This document shows, one piece after another, positions 53,222 to 64,000 of a stretch of 64,000 nt of DNA. Source of the stretch: the human T2T-CHM13v2.0 reference genome, Homo sapiens; assembly GCF_009914755.1 (NCBI RefSeq), contig NC_060937.1. The stretch is one strand, 5' to 3'. Numbering within the stretch: position 1 is the stretch's first letter; each line of letters starts with the position of its first letter. Position numbers and translations under genes: made by a program. The notes beneath the pieces are model-generated. The model did no database searches. It had not been told where the DNA came from and saw nothing but the letters and a program-made list of their open reading frames with translations.

Positions 53222-54064
53222 CCCCATCCCCCCCACATAAAACACACACACACACACAATCATGAGACCAACATGTTAGCTGGCATCTGCAAATTTGACT
53301 ATTTGTTGTCAACCCACTTCCTTAGGACTGCAAAACTTACCCATTACTCAGGTTTATTAAAGTCTATCATATATAAAAATGTCTGTCTATTTATGCAGAC
53401 TTCTGCCATATTCTCAACTCTCCCAACAGCAAAGGTTTCCACCTGCTGTGTGAGATAGATGGACAACTCTTGCTGGCAAGGTCTAGAACCTGGGCATGGT
53501 ACTGTCCTCTTTGATACTATGCATGGACCACACAGCCTTTTGCTGCTGGAAAAAAAAAGTTTCTGTGTGTTTTCTTCTGGTCATCTGTTTACTCACTGTT
53601 GCTGGTACATTAAATCTTCATTTATTTGCTTTCAGAGATCAGTAATGAAAAGTACATGTTGTAGGAGGAATCGATTCTGAGAGTAAGATCAGAGGGATGA
53701 CTGATGAAGACCCTCGAATGGAAGAAAGCATAAACAAAGGTGCCGGGAACCCTTTGTTTTAGTGACTTCACAGTTTTAGTAATTGGCCAATAAGATTATT
53801 TCCCATCAATTTTGGAGTTTGTTGTTCTATGTGTCAGAATTTCTTACCACAGGCACAGTACTATTTTACTGAGGTCTTATGTAAAAATATACAATTCAAT
53901 GAAATAGCATCACTAAGAAATATGTTTCTCTTTCAAGAAGGTCTATTTAACTAGTAAAATATCTGTAAAAAAAAGTATTTTAAAATACTAAAGGCTTATA
54001 AAATAGATTTGTAGACAAATAATAAATAAAAATTGAAGAAAAGCCACACTGTTTAAAATATATC
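53222..54064 (+). repeat. Local duplication copy 2 (block B 53222-53338, block A 53774-54064)
   Basis: Same blocks as 51624-52056, in swapped order. Confidence 0.85.
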
Positions 54065-55019
54065 TTAATATAATCTTTTTTCTGAGACTTTCATGTCATG
54101 TGACCCCAGTTATGACCTTAACAATGACTGCCTTATTTATTTCAATTTTTAAAATACTATGTTTACCCTAAATAAAAGATAGATGACTCTATTAACTCTG
54201 GGTTAGATCCACATAAACTAATATATCATTATTAGTAGCAGTCATTTCAAATTGGTAATTTAAGGTGTATACAATTATAAAAATGTAATGCCTACAACAC
54301 TCATTTCTTAGAATTTCTGGTTCTATCTCCAAGTATGTTTTGTCTCAGCAGATTAATTTTACAGTGTTAATAAAAGACAAAGGAAAGGAAAACAAGAAAG
54401 AATACATGCTTCCTTTTTACAATTTGGGCTCCATATTTTTTCATATTAAAATGTTGTATGTCATTCAATTAGAATTGAACAAATCCCAAAGTTAAATTTG
54501 AGATGGAGTGTATCTGTGTTTTACTAAATTAAATCAGCATAGTAATAAAACTTTATTTCAATCTTAATAAAGTCCTAATTCCATTACTGTCATATGTAGG
54601 TTTTAAATTAGGAAATAAGAATGTTTTAAATTAAAAAACCAAAAGAAAAATCATTATTATTCAAAATGGTAAATTTGACAGTATGGAACAATGTACAGTT
54701 TGTCATCTTCCCACTTCAACTTTTTCCCCCATAATATTTCTAATTTATCTAGAGTTGCACCAATGTCCCTGATGCTGGTTTTCAACATTTCTTTAAAGGA
54801 TGTTCAATAGGTACCATCAAAAAGAAAATGTTTCTTTGCACTATATATTTTGAAGTATCTCAAATTTGTAATTATAGAACTCATTGGGATAGCAATGGAT
54901 AGTATCATGATTCAATTTTTCTACTTTTTAGTCTCATAATTTATTTCACTGCAAACTACATTAAAGAGCATTAATAGGAATGTAGGTCTTAATAATGTCT
55001 CCATAACTCCTTCAAGCTC

Positions 55020-55663
55020 TGTGGTAGATTATTACATAATATGTCCCAAAAATCATGCCTTTCTGATTTCAAGTGTTTGTGGAGGTCCCTCTTTTCTTAA
55101 TTTTGGATTCCACAATTTGGCTTGCTTTGGCTGATGGGAAGATATGCTGCAGAGAAAAACATTTTAAAAAGCATTTGTGCGATAGGGCTTACCCTATTTT
55201 GAGGCTAGAAACTTTTCTGCCACTGTGTTATGAAGCCAAGACCAGCCTGCTAGAGGCACAAGGCCCAGCTGCCAGCCAGCACCAACCATAGGACTTGTGG
55301 GTGACCCTGTCTTAGGCCATCCACCCTCTTTTTTTAAGAGATGGGGTCTCACTTCTTGCCAAGGCTGGAGTGCAGTGGCATGATCCCAGTTGTCTGCACC
55401 CTCAAACTTCTGGGCTTAAGCAATCTTCCCACCTCAGTCTCCTCCAAAGTAGTTAGGACTATAGTCACACACCAGCACACCCAGCTTTATTGACCATTAA
55501 ATGACCACAGCCACATAGATATGTCAAGTCAGGCTAGAAGAGTTAACTCCATATCCGAGCATAGGCCCACGTGTTGACCCAGAAAAACATGAGTAATTAA
55601 AATAATTGCTGTTTTCAGTTACTAAGTTTTAAAGAGGTTCATTATACAGTCATCAGTAAGTAC
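55020..55663 (+). mobile_element. MLT1F/G/H-type MaLR LTR interrupted by an Alu monomer
   Basis: tgtggtagatt start, cttgctttggctgatggg, 3' gttttcagttactaagtttt...ttatacag. Confidence 0.65.
55329..55487 (-). mobile_element. Alu right arm only (FRAM or truncated AluJ)
   Basis: tttttttaagagatggggtctcact...aggctggagtgcagtggc...cacacccagct. Confidence 0.85.
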
Positions 55664-56044
55664 TCCATGCTCGCTTTTGTGGTAAGTGGTAATAAAAACC
55701 CCATAATGCCATCAAAAATTTCTACATTTACTCATTTCATTTTTCTTTCATTTCTCTGTAGAATCTTAGCTCAAAATTTCTCTTCATGCTCTAAAATTAA
55801 TTTTGCAAAAAGCAAAATGTGAAATTATATAACCACATGTTGGTGTGTGTATGCAAAGACCAAATGTATTACATTAAAACCCCTGTCCTCTTACCATGCC
55901 TTGATTCTGTTTTAATTATCATCATATATTCATTAAATATCCTCCCTTAGATAGTATTACTCATTTAATATATGCAACATTTTTCTTCTAATTTTCTTGT
56001 AATAACTTCATCAGCAATCCTAGTTTTAAAAAACTCTGAATATG

Positions 56045-57080
56045 CCCCAGGAAAGCCAAGACGGCCGAATAGGAACAGCTCCGGTCTACAGCTCCCAGTA
56101 TGAGCGACGCAGAAGACGGGTGATTTCTGCATTTCCATCTTAGGTACCGGGTTCATCTCACTAGGGAGTGCCAGAGAGTGGGTGCAGGTCAGTGGGTGCG
56201 TGCACCGTGTGCAAGCCGAAGCAGGGCGAGGCATTGCCTCACTCAGGAAGCACAAGGGGTCAGGGAGTTCCCTTTCCTGGTCAAAGAAAGGGGTGACAGA
56301 CGGCACCTGGAAAATCGGGTCACTCCCACCCCAATACTGTGCCTTTCCGACAGGCTTAAAAAACAGCGCACCAGGAGATTATATCCCACACCTGGCTCGG
56401 AGGGTCCTATGCCCACAGAGTCTTGCTGATTGCTAGCACAGCAGTCTGAGATCAAACTGCAAGGCGGCAGCGAGGCTGGGGGAGGGGCGCCCGCCATTGC
56501 CCAGGCTTGCTTAGGTAAACTAAGCAGCCAGGAAGCTCGAACTGGGTGGAGCCCACCACAGCTCAAGGAGGCCTGCCTGCCTCTGTAGGCTCCACCTCTG
56601 GGGGCAGGGCACAGACAAACAAAAAGACAGCAGTAACCTCTGCAGACTTAAATGTCCCTGTCTGACAGCTTTGAAGAGAGCAGTGGTTCTCCCAGCACGC
56701 AGCTAGAGATCTGAGAACAGGCAGACTGCCTCCTCAAGTGGGTCCCTGACCCCTGACCCCCGAGCAGCCTAATTGGGAGGCACCCCCCAGTAGGGGCAGA
56801 CTGACACCTCACACGGCCGGGTACTCCTCTGAGACAAAACTTCCAGAGGAACGATCAGACAGCAGCATTCGCGGTTCATGAATATCCGCTGTTCTGCAGC
56901 CACCGCTGCTGGTACCCAGGCAAACAGGGTCTGGAGTGGACCTCTAGCAAACTCCAACAGACCTGCAGCTGAGGGTCCTGTCTGTTAGAAGGAAAACTAA
57001 GAAACAGAAAGGACATCCACACCAAAAACCCATCAGTACATCACCATCATCAAAGATCAAAAGTAGATAAAACCACAAAG
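56045..57080 (+). promoter_or_regulatory. L1 5'UTR: internal sense promoter and antisense promoter; YY1 motif mutated
   Basis: Relatively CpG-rich 5'UTR; caagacggc at 56057-56065 instead of caagatggc. Confidence 0.8.
56243..56497 (-). CDS. ORF0: L1 antisense ORF0, open, 84 aa (expression unproven)
   Basis: MAGAPPPASLPPCSLISDCCASNQQDSVGIGPSEPGVGY...PCAS*; strong Kozak context gcaATGG. Confidence 0.6.
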   Translation of the reverse strand: MAGAPPPASLPPCSLISDCCASNQQDSVGIGPSEPGVGYNLLVRCFLSLSERHSIGVGVTRFSRCRLSPLSLTRKGNSLTPCAS

Positions 57081-58089
57081 ATGGGGAAAAAACACAGAAG
57101 AAAAACTAGAAACTCTAAAAAGCAGAGCACCTCCCTCCTCCAAAGGAACGCAGCTCCTCACCAGCAATGGAACAAAGCTGGACGGAGAATGACGAGTTGA
57201 GAGAAGAAGGCTTCAGACGATCAAACTACTCCGAGCTACAGGAGGAAATTCAAACCAAAGGCAAAGAAGTTGAAAACTTTGAAAAAAATTTAGATGAATG
57301 TATAACTAGAATAACCAATACAGAGAAGTGCTTAAAGGAGCTGATGGAGCTGAAAGCCAAGGCTCGAGAACTACGTGAAGAATGCAGAAGTCTCAGGAGC
57401 CGATGCAATCACTGGAAGAAAGGGTATCATTGATGGAAGATGAAATGAATGAAATGAAGCGAGAAGGGAAGTTTAGAGAAAAAAGAATAAAAATAAACGA
57501 ACAAAGGCTCCAAGAAATATGGGACTATGTGAAAAGATCAAATCTACATCTGATTGGTGTACCTGAAAGTGACAGGAAGAATGGAACCAAGTTGGAAAAC
57601 ACTCTGCAGGATATTATCCAGGAGAACTTCCCCAATCTAGCAAGACAGGCCAACATTCAGATTCAGGAAATACAGAGAACGCCACGAAGATACTCCTTGA
57701 GAAGAGCAACTCCAAGACACATAATTGTCAGATTCACCAAAGTTGAAATGAAGGAAAAAATGTTAAGGGCAGCCAGAGAGAAAGGTCGGGTTACCCACAA
57801 AGGGAAGCCCATCAGACTAACAGCGGATCTCTCGGCAGAAGCTCTACAAGCCAGAAGAGAGTGGTGGCCAATATTCAACATTCTTAAAGAAAAGAATTTT
57901 CAACCCAGAATTTCATATCCGGCCAAACTAAGCTTCATAAGTGAAGGAGAAATAAAATACTTTACAGACAAGCAAATGCTGAGAGATTTTGTCACCACCA
58001 GGCCTGCCCTAAAAGAGCTCCTGAAGGAAGCACTAAACATGGAAAGGAACAGCCGGTACCAGCCACTACAAAATCATGCCAAATTGTAA
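57081..58089 (+). pseudogene. ORF1: L1 ORF1 (RNA-binding chaperone), frameshifted
   Basis: ATG GGG AAA AAA at 57081. Frameshifts near 57132 and 57410 split it into ORFs 57167-57433 and 57382-58089 (ends YQPLQNHAKL). Confidence 0.93.
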
Positions 58090-58152
58090 AGACCATCGAG
58101 GCTAGGAACAAACTGCATCAACTAGTGAGCAAAATAACCAGCTAACGTCATA

Positions 58153-61972
<3,820 letters not shown>

Positions 61973-62015
61973 ACAATGAGAATACATGGACACAGGAAGG
62001 GGAACTTCACACTCT

Positions 62016-62049
62016 GGGGACTGTTGTGGGGTGGGGGGAGAGGGGAGGG
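62016..62049 (+). other. G-quadruplex-forming motif of the L1 3'UTR
   Basis: ggggactgttgtggggtggggggagaggggaggg, five G-tracts. Confidence 0.75.
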
Positions 62050-62919
62050 ATAGCTTTAGGAGATATACCTAATGCTAAATGACGAGTTAATGGGTGCAGC
62101 ACACCAGCATGGTACATGTATACATATGTAACTAACCTGCACATTTTGCACATGTACCCTAAAACTTAAAGTATAATAATAATAAAATAAAATAAAAAAT
62201 TAAAAAAAAACTCTGAATATGTGTATTTTTCATTAGTATATGAGCCTTGAGAATAAACTGACCTAGTACCTAGAAAATTCCCCGGTACATAAAAATTATG
62301 CAAAAATATTTATTGAGAAACAACAAAAAAATTAACAGTAGTAAAATGTATATTTTATGGTTCTTGCTAATTTTATAGCATATTTGTGTGTTTTAAGCCA
62401 CTATATTCTAAAAATTAGAAAGAAAGAAAAAAAGCAAGGAGGAAGCTAGGGAAAGGACCAGCATAATCCAAAAGGCCTGTGTGGTTTTAATAAAACAGCA
62501 AGGAAAAGGGAATTTAGGACATCTGCATTCTCCCGTGGTGAGAGAAAAAAATCAAACAATATAAGAAATATTAAAAAGGAAAAGTTACTATTAAATTTTG
62601 AAGCTAATTATAAATATTGAATAAAATATTACATAGAAAGAAGAAAGCTGGTTTACATTGAAGCCTGAAAATAGTGGTTTAAATATGAAAGATGTGTTTG
62701 CTTCCTTTAATTATAAATATATCAAAAGAATAAGCTAAACTAACAGTAATCATATTATTCATTTGAAAATTTAGCTTAACTTTCAAATTTATTACATATA
62801 TTTACAGAAACCTGCATCATGCTATCAGTAATGCGCTATTTAATTTAAGTGATGAAATGTAGTATCTTGTGTACCTACAAAGCATTACATAAATTTATAA
62901 TAAGAAAGTGTTTATATAT

Positions 62920-63320
62920 ATGTATTTTTTTTCTATTGCAGCTGTAATAAATGACAGTAAATTTAGTGGCTTAAAACACACAAATGTAGTCTCTTATGAT
63001 TCTGGAAGCCAGAACTCTTCCTTCTGGAGGCTGTAAAGAGAATTAGTTTCCATGCTCTTTCTACTTCTAGTTGGATACCTGCATTCTTTGGCTCATGGCC
63101 ACATGCTCCATCTTCAAAGACAACAGTGTAGCATCTTCCATTCTGTGTGTGTGTGTGTGTAGCATCTTCCATTCTGTGTGTGTTTGTGTGAGAGTCAGTG
63201 AAAATGCGACACAGCAATGAAAACCACACAAACACACACACACACACACAGAATGGAAGACGCTACACACACACACATCAAATAAATCTTAGAGGCTATT
63301 ACTGGTATATAAAGGGCCTT
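62920..63320 (-). mobile_element. MLT1-type MaLR LTR fragment containing a duplicated and inverted TG-microsatellite cassette
   Basis: aatttagtggcttaaaacacac...ttctggaagccagaa...ctcatggccacatgctccatcttcaaag. Confidence 0.75.
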
Positions 63321-63491
63321 AAGGAGAAGGCAAATACACAGGAGCAGTGGAGGGAGGGGGTCCATAAACATTTGCACATCTGTCCTACACTTTATGAAAA
63401 TGTCTAGCTTGGATTAACTTTATTTTAGTGTATATTTTTCATGCATCATTTTATCATGGCCAACTTAGTGCCACTAAAGAACCAGCAGGGT

Positions 63492-63864
<373 letters not shown>

Positions 63865-64000
63865 TCAGAGGCTATTATTAAAGACCATTTACAAATTTTA
63901 ACCTAAGGTGGTAAGCAGAAGTGTATTAATCCTTTCATAAAGGTTGTGTTCAGTGTACTCTACAATTTGTGTTACTTCTTTACTCAGGTCTGGGCAATGT

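Noticed and set aside
62963-63407. ORFs with repeated THTHRMEDAT / VCVCV peptides
   Set aside because: These are translations of the CA/TG microsatellite duplication, not coding repeats.

Overview
AT-rich, repeat-dense primate genomic DNA, human or other ape (it carries an AluY and an L1PA3). It looks like a gene-poor, L1-rich intergenic or deep-intronic region. I found no cellular protein-coding gene, structural RNA gene or CRISPR array. The ORF track is explained by L1 remnants, Alu/LTR reading frames and chance ORFs in low-complexity DNA. The main element is a full-length but dead L1PA3 (56045-62204, 17-bp TSD). It keeps the ZNF93-bound 5'UTR segment and an open antisense ORF0. The window also holds nested and twin-primed older L1s, about ten Alus, solo LTRs (MER57, MER52, MSTA, MLT1), a HERV16-type LTR+gag remnant, an ERVL pol remnant and DNA-transposon fossils (MER20, Tigger1, MER44, MER53). 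The least ordinary signals are several locally templated inverted or duplicated insertions (9.5, 11.9, 22.6, 36.0-36.5 and 63.1-63.3 kb), a captured GC-rich fragment inside an L1, an order-swapped ancient duplication (51.6-54.1 kb) and an L1 whose ORF1 is fused directly to the ORF2 3' end. I cannot support a novel biological system here. Repeat subfamily names come from recalled consensus sequences and need RepeatMasker/Dfam confirmation.
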